The notes: a model not told the origin generated them from the letters alone. A stretch of DNA of 64,000 nt from Tubiluchus corallicola (GCA_030141605.1 JAQGDQ010000376.1:62001-126000), one strand, 5' to 3'. Shown: positions 37,791 to 51,417, counted from the first letter of the stretch. A program made the numbers and translations.

Positions 37791-39584
37791 TTTGAGAAGG
37801 GGAAGGCTATTATCTGAGTAATAATAATGTTATTAGCATGCGGCATATACTTTAATAATTTTTTATTGTTTCCTCCTAAAAATAAATGGGGTTCGGCTTC
37901 CCTGATGTGAACCTTGTTACAATGCAAACAATGCTGTCGCTGCATACTCTTTCATTTTTTTCGTCAAAATTAAAAGGGAAGCATAATAAGTATAGAAAAT
38001 CTATCAAATCTAATCCAATGGTTTTTCGCGAGAGTAGTCTCAAGGACTTATAGTGAATGCTGCAAATCCTAAAATTCTTAAAGGAGTTAATGAAATTCAG
38101 CATACTCACCAAATTCCTGACGAATGTAGGCTTTTGACCATAAAGCGAATATATAAAGTGGACCTAAGAAAGTGACGAAAAGTAGAAAAAGACGGAATTT
38201 TGTAAATAATTAAGCTTTATGAGAAGATAATACTTAAAAAAAAGACAAGTACACAATTTATCAAAATTAATAAATTATTTGTTTTGAACAGTTACAGTGC
38301 GGTGGCAGAAAAAGTGAATTAGTGCTGTTCATTATTTTTGTTTATTGTCAAAGCTCTAGCTAATTTGATCATAACAGCTGCTTGGATAATTATGTGGAGA
38401 ATGAAGACCAACACTGAAAAATATTTTGATAAACTGCGGCTTAGTGATTGTGTAAAAGAGTACGTTTGTAAGCACCGGAAAAAATATTATATGTGTAATA
38501 TATTTTAGCAACTTAATAAAGAAGCAAAGACTGTTATAAGCTGACCATTAGGCCTAGAGTGCACAAATGAAATAAATATTGGTAAATTTGTCTAACAAGA
38601 AACTTTTGGGTCCAACTTGGGTCCTTTTTGGTCCAAATCTGTGTAGTATATCAGTGAATAAAGTTATTGATATTATACGAATGCATAGGCCTACTATGTG
38701 CTAAATCTATGTGTGCAAATCTAAAAATAGAAACACTGTTATTATGTTGATGACAGTTTGGGAATATTGGAACTATTAAATAATAAAAAACGTTGTTAAA
38801 AATTGTAGGAAAACTGAGGAAGAAAAGATGGCAAGGTTTAACATTCAAAAAACGAACACGAAAACGAACATCACAAAAAAGAAAACTACAACAGAAAATA
38901 TGCTCAAAATTATAGTAAGACATAAGCGTGTAAGTATCTTGTTGAATGAATTTCATGTAAAATCAGATATGATATGCAATGTAGAAAGGAAAATCGAACG
39001 AAAGTTGTGATAATGGGTCAAATAACACTGGGACATAGGACATAATTCAACAACGTTCTAATGTATGAGGCAATGGTCATACTGGCGTTAATTGTTGTAC
39101 AACAGTGAAACATGCATGCTAAAATGTTGTTTATATTCTGGTGTTTAGCCTTATGATCCATGCATGAATTGTGCGTGATACCAATATTATAATCCCATTA
39201 TTGATGATTTGGCAATCCAAATGTACTTTTATACAATTTTTGTTTATGTAAGTGATAATACCAGTATTCGCAGACTAAGTTTTACACATGAAGCTTAATT
39301 TTCAGTTTTTATAAAATTGCTATCATCCAATGTTATTATAACAAAATTGGTCTACCTACTTTATTTTGCTGTAATTTATTAATGGCATTAACAAAAGGAT
39401 TAGATTATCGTCATTATGGTAAGTCAGGCAAGATAAAAATTATTCAAGTTTTAATTTATATCGTTGACTTGTACAGCTAGTGTACATACAGTTGAAAAGC
39501 GTTAAATGTCATCGGAAGCTATGTACTTGCTCAAACGCCACAACACTTAAGAAGTAAAGCCCATCTAAAAGTTTGAATAATTAC

Positions 39585-40017
39585 CAAGGGGTGAGCATCG
39601 AACGTTCGAGTTTAAACGCTCGAATCTAATTCGATTCGAACCTGAAATTATGGATTCGAATAATTCACCTCTTCAACTATACATATACGTTCTTTTTATA
39701 TACATACATGTATATACATACATACTCCTTATTATGTACATTTTAATTATTATTATTATTAAAATGTTTGAAATAGCGTGTAATCAGCACAATTTAATGC
39801 GATTTCTGTACACAATTTTTAAACAAATAAGTATTTTATTGCAGAGCAAAATCAAGCAGTACAGAGGATCTTTGCAAAACTGCTTTTTATTTATGATTCG
39901 ACAAATTTTAAAACTGAATTCGATTCGGAATCAAAATCTTGTAATTTGGTTTGATTCGAGTTCGGAAGTCAAAAATTCCATTCGAATTCGCTTTCTGATA
40001 GAGAATGGTCACCCTTG
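39585..40017. mobile_element. hAT-type non-autonomous element
   Basis: Termini caaggggtgagcat and atggtcacccttg; 8-bp TSD ataattac / ataatttc (1 mismatch); subterminal ttcgaa/gattcg repeats at both ends. Confidence 0.8.
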
Positions 40018-40098
40018 ATAATTTCTATAATTTCGCAACATTATAATGAAATTCAGTGTGGAATTGGGCACAAGTCCGCTGTTGTTGTAGAGATATAT

Positions 40099-40108
40099 TG
40101 CGCATGCG
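40099..40108. promoter_or_regulatory. NRF1/EWG-type element TGCGCATGCG at the putative promoter of the + strand gene
   Basis: tgcgcatgcg in a locally CpG-rich patch, about 190 bp before a strong donor aaac|gtgagt at 40294/40295. Confidence 0.45.
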
Positions 40109-40119
40109 TAGTGGTGAAA

Positions 40120-40294
40120 ATGCTTAGCGGTTATGAGCTAGTACGCCAAAGACGGCCAACGTCGACAACTTTTCGGAAAAGTTGTTTGAGTGTATTCTTA
40201 ACTGATTTTAAAATAAACTCATGTCACTTAGTTGTGTAGAAATTTTGAAAATTGTTGTTCCCTGTGCAAGTGACTATAGATAGAGTATTCAAAC
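40120..40294 (+). other. Putative non-coding first exon of the unidentified + strand gene (start approximate)
   Basis: Follows the NRF1-like motif and ends at a gtgagt donor. The next coding exon has an acceptor at 53561 upstream of its ATG, so at least one 5' UTR exon is expected upstream. Confidence 0.35.
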
Positions 40295-40973
40295 GTGAGT
40301 AATTTTCTACTACTGTCTTGAGTGCTTGAAAACGGTCTACTGACAGTACTGTAACTCAGTAGACGTGTACAGTAACTGCTAGCACGCTGCATTTAGGGCT
40401 ACAAATGTGAGGTTGGTTGCAGTAGTTACAGTATTCTATGCTCCTTTCGCCATAGGCATGAAGATTTCTGAATAGAAAATAATGAGTTGCAGTGTGGTGA
40501 TGGTGGGATTGCCTGATTGCTTCCCAAAAGGGATATGTGACACTTGGGTTCAGCCATTTGGGCACAGACATAGACAGAGCCCAATAACTACTACAGTACA
40601 CATATAATTGTAAAACACAGACGAAGTTATGATCAATCATTAAATTTTGCATAGGGTAACTCTGGGAAGGACCTAAAAGTCCAATGCGTTTTGCTCTAAA
40701 GCAAAGGTCAAACGTCGAGGTCGCATGTTCAGCAATAAATTTTCCCCTTTGTGACTTTACGTGAATGCGTGGATTTGTACCCTTGTTGAGTGCTCTCACA
40801 CTAGTTTTCTTCTGTACCTAAAAAACTATCTTCTGAAAAAAGAGGCAATGCAAAGCAAAAAAAATCAACTTTCTGATTCCCGTATCCGTTATGTGCACCA
40901 ACCAGCGTGAATTAGCACAGACAACAAGTGCTGATAATAAGTGTGATTCTGTAAGCTTTTGTTGTGTTTGCAC

Positions 40974-41718
40974 CTGGGTACATCAAATGCATATTTTCAT
41001 CAACTGAACTGAAGCCAAAGTTTTTTATGATTGGATGCCACCGAACCAAAGCTTAACCGAATGATCGGCCATGCTACCAAATTGAATTCGGAACAAAATA
41101 TTAAGTTAAATTTGAATACCGAACCGAATTTTCTTGTAATATTAATTGAAATGCTAGATGTTCCAATTGAAAGGAATTATGAACTTTGCAAAGTTTAAAA
41201 ACATTTAAGTTAGTGGTGATGTTGAGCTATGTAAAATTGTTCTGATAACTAAATCTATTTTTTTACTTAATGGTTATTATAGTAAAGTACTAAATATTAA
41301 CTAAGATGGATAACAGTTACAATGTGATAACGTAAATTGCAATTGTGCTGAAGTGGACAATAAATTACAATTACAATTACTACTTACCACAAGTGTTACC
41401 ACATGTCTGCACTTTCAATCTTTAATATGCTGACATGTCTTGTTTGAGCAAAACTGCAATGTAGCAGTAGTGTAGTTCTTCACTAGCTCGAATTTTCAAT
41501 ATGTATTTGGCCGTGTATAAGCAAATACAGCACCGCCGTGCTATTGTGCTTTGGTACAACTTGAACAGTGCTTCACTTTTTGCGAAATGTGACCATTATT
41601 TAAAAAGTATGTTTGGCACCGAAGTTTTTGTGATTACAACTGAACTTTACTGTACCGGATTTCTATATTGATATTCGGGGGATAAATTAGGCAATCGGAA
41701 TATTCGGTGCACTCCCTA
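40974..41718. mobile_element. hAT-type non-autonomous element
   Basis: Perfect 8-bp TSD gtttgcac at 40966-40973 and 41719-41726. Right end tattcggtgcactcccta, decayed left end, internal ccgaa/accgaa repeats. Confidence 0.82.
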
Positions 41719-42471
41719 GTTTGCACCCTTACACACCAAACAACACTTCGGATATGCGACAACAAGAGACTGTGTTGTTAAGCTGCACAGCAGTTGGCAA
41801 CTTGCCAGCATACATTTTCGAAGGCTTTTCGTTTCATGTATATTTACATTCATATTTTCGTCAGTAAGAGATATTATTTAAAATAACTTTATTGCTTTTT
41901 TTTCTGGATTGCAATTATGGAGGCATTACGATGACAGTCAAAAATATAAGTTAATCTACACCATTAGGTTTATATTTATAAATTCTCTTGCAGTCTTTTC
42001 TTCCATAATTTTTTGCATCTTTAATATAATTTGTTATTTTTCTTTAATATTAGATTAGTTAGTAGATAATTAATTAGGTAAGTAATTAGTTGGAAACTAG
42101 CACTTTTGATTTATATTGCTGATGTAACTACTCTGGCAAAATAAATAAATAAATCTAATCTAAATAATAGTTTGGGATGCCCCTTTTATCAAATTTATAG
42201 GTACCGTGAGTGACGTTAACAACTTGCATATTCACTCGGAAAAAATTGTTTTCCTGGTATAGATGTTAATAGCATGCAATTTTTAACAACTTGAGAATTT
42301 GAAAAATTAGTCTACAGTTAAGCAGGGATCTAATAAAAGAAGACCAGTCTAAAGAAAACTAGTTAATTAGCAATAACCAATTTGCTGTGAGTGTCATGCT
42401 TAAGTGTAAGTAAAGTTCCCAGTGGCTCTGAAATCGAACTGTGCTGTTTGTGCTGTATCCGCTTTGCTGTA

Positions 42472-42770
42472 AGAACACTTGGGCAGGAGACATTTGAGTA
42501 CCAATAAAACTTAATGTCCACATGGATCTTTTCTTACAAAAGCTTTACATATTTTACATGGCAATGACGAATTAAACAAAGGGCGAGAATTCCCACTAAA
42601 AACTAGGTTACTAGACAGCATGCTTTGTAGCAATGCAGAAAAAATGTAGTCTTGCTTACATGATCGAGTCACATTGGTTGTAACAGCACAACGTGCATGG
42701 GCACTGGCACCCAAATGTCTTTCGTCCAAGTGTTTGGAACCCAAGTGGCCAGGCCCAAATGTCCTGCCCC
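42472..42770. mobile_element. Small foldback/MITE-like element with inverted ~15-bp subterminal repeats
   Basis: Left gaacacttgggcaggagacatttgagtacc is inverted relative to right ggcacccaaatgtctttcgtccaagtgtttggaacccaagtggccaggcccaaatgtcc. Confidence 0.55.
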
Positions 42771-45174
42771 CTCCCCCCACAAGAGCCATACGATACCTTA
42801 ATTATTTTTCGATATTAATTGCAAATTATAGGCTACCTGGCCTTGTAAGTTGACAGCCTGGTTTTAAAACAAACCATTAATTATTGCTCCCATTGGCCAC
42901 TAGTTATCCTTGCTTGTACATTAGTTGAAAAGAGTATGTAAATTTTTTTAGCAAAAACTTTAACCTTTGTCTGTTTATATTTCCAATATTAAGAGTGTTG
43001 AAGATTTCTCAAACGAATCCTGTCAAAAATACTACTGTTCCTCATTATTGCAGGAAGCTGTTACCCCTACAATATCCTAGAATAAATAACAGTTTAACAC
43101 CTCTTTGATTAATTGTATATGCTCAATATTAACTATTGCACATAGAAGCACAAAAATGTAGGACAAGAGGCATGCTTTTGAACAACAAACTTCTGATTTT
43201 GCACATTTTGTGTATTACAGTACTTTGGCACTTTTTAGCAAAGTATGTGTGCGGAAAGGTTATGATAGATAAAATGTATATTGCTACAAATGCTACATTT
43301 GGGGTATAGAGGTATGGATCATGTCTTGGGCATACTTTTAAAAGGGGGTTTTGTAATCGCCTAATCGGGATTCTTATAATCTTTATAGTTGCAACAGCTT
43401 ACAATAATTATAAATTCTAAATTGCAGAATGAGAAATGAGAGCCTAAATGTCTTCAGCCATAATACTAGCAAACCACTACTGACATACTGCCAACATTTA
43501 TCACCTGGCTTTTATTGTCCAACCCATTATTACATTTTCTGCAAATAAATTCAAAATTGAAAAGAGAATGTGAAGCAGTAGCGACAGATCTACATTTGAG
43601 TGGCTAGCCACTTTATAATTTTTATTCATGTCTTATGGTAGTATCCAATTTAACAAGGAAGGCAAAAAGACGAAGGCCAACAGAGAGAGGGAGGAGGGGG
43701 AAATGCAGTGAGTGAATTTGAGTGAGAAAAAGGAAAGGAGAGAGAGAGAAGTGATACCTTTTCAAGTGATTTTTGAGTTTCTTTTACATTGCTTTTGAAG
43801 ATGTTCTGGTTTGATGTAACACCATATCAGATAAATTAATTAATTAATAATTTTAATTATAATAATAATTTATTTTTTATGGGTAATATACAACTTAAAT
43901 TAAAAGAGTATACAATTTAATGTGACACTATTCATGGATGAAACTTCAGCAGAAGTAACATAGGATTCCATACAGGTAATATAATAGGTTTTCCTGAATT
44001 TTCATATTTTAATATTTTCTTTCGCTGTTTTTATTATTTTAATAATAAGTTTTCTTTGTAGAAAATTCAAGGCAGGGAACACTGGTAACTGTCCATTTTG
44101 CCAGTATTTTCGGTCCATTTGCTCACATGTCTCGAGAGCCTTATAGTTTAGGTACAGTTGAAGTAGAACGAGTACTGGAATAGTCTCTTTGCTAATATAA
44201 CTCCTATAGTTATAGTTAAATTTTTGAAGTGTATCTCTTTACATTTACTAAGTTATATTGTCAAAAAAACGAAAGAGCTAGTTGCAGTGACAGTTTAATT
44301 GAAAAGTAAAGTTCTGTTACATTGAAGTTATCATGTCTGATATGGGTATGGTACTAGAAAAAAATTGTTCTAATTACCATAGTGCACACTGCGCATGGCA
44401 GAATTTGTGAAGTTGCTACTATTTTTTTTAAATGTAGTGCAGCACAGTTTGTTTATTACTTCACAGATCTCTCTTTTTAGTTATTTGTAGGAAATGTTGT
44501 TTATGTTGCTGTGGGAATATGTCTTTGAAAAGCCATTATTGGTAGCTGAATAAATCATTCAGGAAAGCAGAGTACACCAATCTTTGTATAATGGGCAATG
44601 AATATGTATAAACATTTGGTTTGATTTCGTCTTACCAAATTTGGGATTCCATTATAACTTACAGGAAAAAGAAACTAGTTACAGAGTTACAGTCACAGTT
44701 CAACAATTTTGGAGCTTTCTTGGGATATGTTACATTTGTAATGTGTTGCTCATCTAGAACTGCATTTTTTACAGTTGAAAATGTCAATGGTACCCACAGT
44801 ACCTTGCTTGTTTACAGTTTTTCCTTGCTTGTTGCTTTTTTTGTTTGCTTGTTTGAGGGTATTGTAACTAATAATAGTTATAATAGCTGCAATGTGCTGC
44901 TATAGTATAGATTTGTAGGGACAAAAATGGTATATTCTTTTCAAGCTATTATATTGTTTAATTTAATCGACTTGTGCTTTTTGGAGCTTACTGATCTGAT
45001 AAATGAGATTAGTTGACAGGCCAACCGAGGTACAATAAACAGCACAAATAGCTTTTGAAACTGAAATTCATTTATGCTGCAATTTTGCTGACCAAGAGGA
45101 GTTAATTCTGGAGCTATTTATGGAATAGTAATTTAATGTCGCACATTGTTAACTAGTAGAAAACTCTGACTTGT

Positions 45175-45466
45175 CATTTTGTTTCTGATTTAAATCAATA
45201 GTAAAACTTAGTACTTTATGAAATTAAAATTGTTTTTTGAATATTGATTTATCGTAGCAATTTAAGCAGTTGGAACATTATGAGTTCTTGGCTCATTCAA
45301 TCCCATGGGCTGAACTGTTTCATTTTGTTTCTGATTTAAATCAATAGTAAAACTTAGTACTTTATGAAATTAAAATTGTTTTTTGAATATTGATTTATCG
45401 TAGCAATTCAAGCAAGTAGAACATTGTGAATTTTTGGCTCATTCAATCCCATGGGCTGAACTGTTT
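45175..45466. repeat. 146-bp tandem duplication (2 copies)
   Basis: Unit cattttgtttctgatttaaatc...cccatgggctgaactgttt starts at 45175 and 45321; only a few substitutions. Confidence 0.93.
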
Positions 45467-47144
45467 CCAACTGGCCAACAAGTGTCAAATTGTGATTTAT
45501 CATAATAATTTAATGACACCAGTTTTGTATAGCAAAAAATGAAGATATTGTTTTGTTATTCATGTTGTAGTTGTCTCTTGTTGTCCTAACTTTTTCTGTT
45601 CCTGCTACCACTGCTGGTGGTTGATGTTGCCTAAGCACAGTTTTAACACTTTCTAAGTTTGTGTTCTAGCTCATTTTGTCAGCATTTTGTCAACAAGTAT
45701 CTTGTTGTTTCAATTTACACGTACATATCAGTAGCAATTTTAAGTCTTACCAAAGAGAATTTTCTTTTTCGAAACTTAAAGAAACTAACAATTCATTCTA
45801 ATTAAAAGGAACGCACAAATAAACGCAATTGTTATTATCATAATTTGGAAATCCTGTAAGGGAAATAGAGGTCAGGCTGTCTAATAAAATATTTTGTGAC
45901 TACATTGCACCATTTTTATTTTATTGTATAGCATGTCACAGGAAATAAACCTATTTCAAGTTGAAATTGCAGCTTATGTTAGTTAATGTCTACAAACAAC
46001 CCAAGTTTAGTTAAAACAAAGATTGCTATTTTATTTTCATTGGGTTTCTTGCTTTGGATGCAGAGGGAGGAAAATTAAACCACTTTTTAATGAACAGAAC
46101 AGATGGCACTATTCATGGAAAAAATGTCTTCTCTTTTTCCACTGACTTTCAAGTCTCACAGATACAGACAAGAGTACGGAATGTCAGGCATGGATCTATG
46201 AATATGTTTTCTATTTTCTGCTTCATTGCAGAAATAACTGTGCAGTATTCACGTATCAGGGATGAGCCTGAGCATCTCATAATCTTAACTAACAAGAATT
46301 TGTCCTCTTTCTGTGTTCAACTTCTCTTGCTCCATTAGAAGCCATTCAGCCTTAGTGTGTACAGTGTTCATTGGCTTCAGCCGCTGGGATAGGGATTCAT
46401 TTCTGCTGTATTGATTGGGAACTTGTGTTATTTGTTGAGAACAATTATACTGAGCTGGCAGGTTAATGTTAGAGAGACTGACCTTGCCAATGGTTTCCCA
46501 GAGGAGAAGGTTGTTAATAATTTGGTCAGAAAAACACGTGTATTCTGGGAGATATCACTGTTTTACAAATCTATTTTATGTTATGTGCATGTAATGCAGT
46601 GCAATGTAGTAAAATGTTATATAATGTAATGTTTTGCAATGTCTTGTAAATGTACTTTGCTTACAAGGCATGTAATGTTGTTATATTATGTAACAAAATG
46701 TTAGGTCTATGTTATGTTTATTGCACTATGCCTCGTATGACTTCTTCTAAGTTGTAGCACAATGTGCCACATTGTTATAGAGATCAGTAGTTACCATATA
46801 ATTATCACTTTTGGCACAGAAAGATAAAATTCTTATTTAATACATGTAGATGGTCTTGAATAAAAAAACTGTCACACACTTATGTGCAGTCTAGCTATCC
46901 TCACAAAAGTGTTTTGTTTGTATTATGTACTATTTTTATGTGATACTTATCATTGTAATATATGCCAATGAAATATCAGGATGATGCAGAAGACCAATAA
47001 ATATGGTTGAGCTGAGCTGAAAGGACAATGCAACACGTGACAAAAACCGTCTATCGAATCTAAATTACATTGCCATGTTGACCTTCCTGCATTACTCAGT
47101 TACTCTGAGTACTGTAGTCAAATAGTAGTTTTTATCGAGTGCAG

Positions 47145-47283
47145 GTCAAAGACTACCAGTTAAATGGCCACAGTCTAACCAACTAATAGTCAATGGGCCA
47201 CCAGTCAAAACGACTACCAGACAAAGCACTGGTCAAAGATTTACGTAAAAAGATAAATAACCACCAGATAAAAACTACAGACC
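47145..47283. repeat. Degenerate ~15-bp tandem array (ggtcaaa.gaccacca-like), probably a transposon subterminal repeat
   Basis: ggtcaaagactaccag, gtcaatgggccaccag, gtcaaaacgactaccag, ataaataaccaccag. Confidence 0.45.
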
Positions 47284-48929
47284 ATATAGATGATAAGCTG
47301 AATGATTGCTGATATTTTTAATTGCTTTCTGTTGAAATATTATTATATTACTTGCAGAAGTTAAATTGTAAAGTTCTACTTTATTTGTTGTTAGTTTGAA
47401 AAACCAAAAATTATTGTTTTTATGCATTGATTTACTCAATTGGGCCCATCATGTTGTAGCTAATTATAAAATACTCATTAAAATAGTGCATTTTTTCATC
47501 TAGTGCAGCTCCAGCACTGAAACGAAAATGATCTGAAGCATGGAAACCAAGTTCTAGTTTTTCACCGGTTTTTCTTCGCTAATTGCATCAGACAAAAGGT
47601 AGCTATGTTGGCAAATAATGGCATTTATGTAAAACAAACTAGTTGCTCACATTTTAAATAGTGCAGATAGCTTTGCAACTCCACGGTGGACGTGCCTGTT
47701 GTTTTAATTTTAATACTTCTTGAAAGTATGTATTTAAAAAATACCTCCTTATAATATTTGTTATAACATTTCTTGTACTGGTTTGGTTAATGGAAAATGT
47801 AGCTTCTTCATTTTCCTTTTTCTTACTCTTTCCTCTTCCTTAAAGAAATAAAAAGCCATTTTTTGGAACTTCAACATAAACAGTCTGTGCTTTTTATGTG
47901 ATACGGAAAAGCATCGTTTTACAGACATATTGGCTACAGCAGAAAGAAAATTGATAAAAATTTCACATATAGCTATGCTGTGCTCAAACACTGATTTCTT
48001 GTGAAAAACAGCTTAGTTATACGGGTTCATCATATTCATTTGAAGCATCACCTCAGTAATTGTATGGTACTAACTAAGTAAATGAGTGTCGTGATGAATT
48101 ATTGACCTAGTGGTTTTGGTTCTCCAGTATATTTGCTACACCTGGAAGATTCTTATTACAAAATGCCACATGTTAGTCATTTTGTGCTCAGATAATGGAA
48201 GCAGCCTTTCATTATTGCAAAAAACTGCTTAGCTTTGGTTCCTTTGGTCAGAGTGAAAATGAATAATTTCGATGTTATTCCACTGGTTGGCCCTCACAAC
48301 AGAGCATAATGTGCTTGTGTAAGCTATAGTGGTGAAAAAGCTGCTAATGTGGTAAAGAAATGAGATTAGTTTATTTAAGTTTGGCAGTTGCTTTAATTTC
48401 CAGTTCTTGTCCAGATCTGTTCCTGTACCAAGTTTGGTGAATGTAGATTCATGAAACTGTAGGTTCGTCATTTTTTGATATTATTGTGTGTATGGATGTT
48501 AAGAAAAGCATCATGCTTACAATAAGTCAGCCAATCTGCTACTACATATATCACTATATTTGAATAAACTTCATACAGTTCATTTCCTGGATAGGCATCC
48601 ACTGGAATTTCAGAGTTGACTAACGAAATCAGCAGGAGTCATTAGTGGCATTATTACACATAAAAAGAACTTGGTTAGACATCCCAAATGATGGCTGCTC
48701 AATTTCAGAGCTATTTCTGTTAAACCAAAAAATTGCCTATTTTGAAAGAAATTAGTTTTTTCTTTTGTTTCTATTCTTTTAAAATCAAGCCATTTGTAAA
48801 ATTTTATTGTTTTATTGTCGTTTATTGTCTGCTATTACTATATATATGTGCTAACTGAAAATCATCTGACGTAGCTCATCATCTTTAACTAAACTGACTA
48901 GATGGCTGTGCCAACTTATAAGCTCGATG

Positions 48930-50540
48930 TCTTAACCATTAAAGGAGGCAGCAAGATGATTGTGATGTTTAAATACAAATTTTTGATGTGCAGGAATCCA
49001 TATCCGATGCTCAAAAGTTCCAGTATCACCTTTAAGATGGTAGCTGCCATGATGACAAATATGGCTGCTGTTGATTAGCCTTATCACATCTTCTATTGCA
49101 GATAGCATGATGGTTTTAGTGTTCATTCATAGATTTTAATGGTCAAAGGATTTCATTCCTACCAAGTAAAATTTCTCATAGATCGTTTCATTAAGAAATT
49201 TAAGATGGTTGCCAAAACAGCCGCAAATACATCATAGTGAAAAATGATACTGTGTCATCCTGTCCATGAGGTTTTGAACATTAAAAGTCATTTCTGATGT
49301 GTGCAAACAAGACCTGCTTAGACACATTTATATCTGCTGCAGCATCTTTCAGCTGACTTAAATATTTTGTTGATGTGCCTTTTGCAGCTTCATAACAGAC
49401 TGTGGTTCACATGTCCGTTCAGTTAACCTTTTTCAGCCCAGCTCAAATTATGATGGTCAAGCTAATGTTCAACATTGTTCTGCCTTATATGTCACTCTTT
49501 TGGTGTGCAGATATTGGAGGTAATGTTTCCATATGCCTTCCTTTCTTTGTGGCCAAGTCTTTACCTATACTGTCAGTTAATGTGCATATGGTGGCTTTGT
49601 CATATTAAAATATGATAAAATGTTCAAATACTGACATGATGTCATTAGGTACTCATTTATAAGTGTTGCTTCAAGAAGCAAATGCTGTTGCCACTTCAAC
49701 CAAACACTTGCCATGTGGACCAAGCTGTTCTTTTCCTCTCTGTTGAAATTATGAAATCGGATCTCTACCAGTGAAGGCATAGAAATTCATGAACAGCTAC
49801 TTTATGAGGTACCTATAGGTATCTGTTTGTTCCAAATTCCATCGAGCTCACTTATTTGAAGTTCATTGTATTTAATCACTGTTCTAACAATAACACAGCA
49901 GTATCTACAGTCCTTGATCATGATGCGTTTATAGCCTTCATTTCCACAGCCACCAGTATCGAAAGTGAAACAAGTGTTTGTTTCTTCATGATTGTTTGGC
50001 AGTTCAGCAGAGTGCTTGCTGTCTTGGTCAGTTTAGCATAGTACTTGTTTACTGTGAGTACTTGCTTCTCGCAAACATATTTCCTAGGAAACTAAAAAGC
50101 TCTGTCTTATTTTCACCGACTTTCAGAAATGAGTCCCACTTTCATAAATGTTGTTGATATTAGAGACACATCTTCTACCACCTCTTTCTCTTATTAGCAC
50201 AGGCAGGGATGTTTGTATCAAAAACAATGTCTAGTCTCTCTCTGTTGAATTTTTAAAGGGCACATTTTCTCCAAAGTTGTGAAATGTTTAGGAGGCCTCA
50301 GACCTTGTCTTCAAAATACACAGTATTAGCTCCATCACGAAGTTTAGCATCAGCATTTGAATTCTGGACACAACTTGTTACATAGCTTGTACATGGTTCA
50401 AGATCAGACATAGCAACATATCCAGGTTTATCGCAACATGTCGATGTTGGAACACAGAAAGGGGAAATGATTCATTCTCATACTTCTCATGCTGGAAAAC
50501 ATTCATGGTTGTTCCTCAAGGATATATGTTACTGTTTCTT
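48930..50540 (-). mobile_element. Academ DNA transposon relic (transposase C-terminal half plus subterminal region)
   Basis: Ordered minus-strand motifs: DAKLRDGA, RLDIVFD, WDSFLKVGENKTELFSFL (about 50085-50138), NHEETNT, GYKRIMI/RTVDTAVLLL, FYAFTGRD, KRTAWSTWQVF, KKGRHMETLPP, CSRYKCV*AGLVCT. These are decayed forms of the recalled Academ NK.ELF, HEEADT, TVDTDV, HAFTGCD, LPP and Cys-rich tail motifs. aagatgg..gcc-type repeats lie at about 49030-49220. Confidence 0.8.
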
Positions 50541-50689
50541 CCTTTTCTACAAACTGAGTTTTATTGATGGGCAGTTCAGTAGTGGAAACTGGTTCATGAT
50601 ATCTGTAAAAAAGTTTATTTTTTTTATTTTTAACTAGACTGCAATAGCTCAGATACATCTGCAAACAATTCATACTATTCTTTTACTTT

Positions 50690-51337
50690 TTTTGTAAACT
50701 AAAGAAGCGAGTGTTCTTGTTTTGCTTGCAGTGACACAAGTTAGGTCCTTTGCTTTTGTTTTCTTTTAATACTTCTAAAGTTGTTTCACACTCGCTTGTT
50801 GCTCCTGCAACCTCAGGTCTATAGAAAATCTTCCCGAGTAGCTGAGTTCTTAGTGAGGCTATTGCATCCGCATTACGTTCAAGAATTGAATTTTGTGTAT
50901 ATTGTGAAAACCAAGGGGAATTTTTCAATATAAAAAGCTTTAACAGGACAACAATTCCTTGACTGTGTGCAGCATGTGCGGGGAGGCTATTGCATTGCAC
51001 AAGCAGCCCTATTTGCGACCATCCTGCTGAGCGTCTTGAAAATAGCTTCTTGATTGTACGCTTTTTGATTGACTCCTGACGAAAATTAATTATCTTGACG
51101 GGTTCTAGCATTGTGCAAAGTTTCTTGCCTTTAAGGCAAAGCGAGCGATAGTGAATGAATTTTGCGCCATTTTTAGAGTTGCCGCTAGAGAGCACGGCCA
51201 CATTTATGGAAAATCTAGCTTTCCCATCAAATCTAAAATTCCTCTGCACCTTTCTGTAGGGTATCAAGACCCACATTAAGAAAGACGTCATCTTAGAACA
51301 ATTAATCAGACTGTAAAAAATCGAAAATGAGTCACTG
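50690..51337 (-). mobile_element. Possible Chapaev/Transib-like transposon 5' fragment
   Basis: Decayed Cys-rich fragments on - (RSLCLKGKK..., GLLVQCNSL, CGCNSL, KSKGPNLCHCKQNKNTR) downstream of a cagtgactcattttcgatttttt terminus-like sequence; the match is weak. Confidence 0.3.
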
Positions 51338-51349
51338 AAAAGTTATTTG

Positions 51350-51417
51350 TCAGCTAGCATTTGAACCCAGAACTGTGCTTTCAGAGCACACGGTCCTGCT
51401 ATGCAGCTACTTAACTC
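51350..51417 (-). mobile_element. Decayed tRNA-derived SINE head
   Basis: Reverse complement has a box A-like tagctgcatagcagg and a box B-like gggttcaaatgc at tRNA-like spacing. A similar relic lies at about 56872-56941 (box B gggttcaaatct). Confidence 0.35.

Noticed and set aside
38828-39010. 60-aa ORF faintly like a pogo HTH N-terminus
   Set aside because: Similarity too weak; no downstream DDE motifs or TIR pair found.
39650-40018. 122-aa ORF with a hydrophobic stretch
   Set aside because: Lies within the hAT MITE and translates AT-rich simple repeats.
36130-40100. Head-to-head PSMC2 gene next to DNAJC2, as in vertebrates
   Set aside because: No AAA-ATPase or PSMC2-like exons seen; the interval holds LINE and MITE relics.
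50683-51291. Longest ORF in the track (202 aa, minus) as a host gene
   Set aside because: No recognisable intact domain; it lies among transposon debris and is better explained as a decayed TE fragment.
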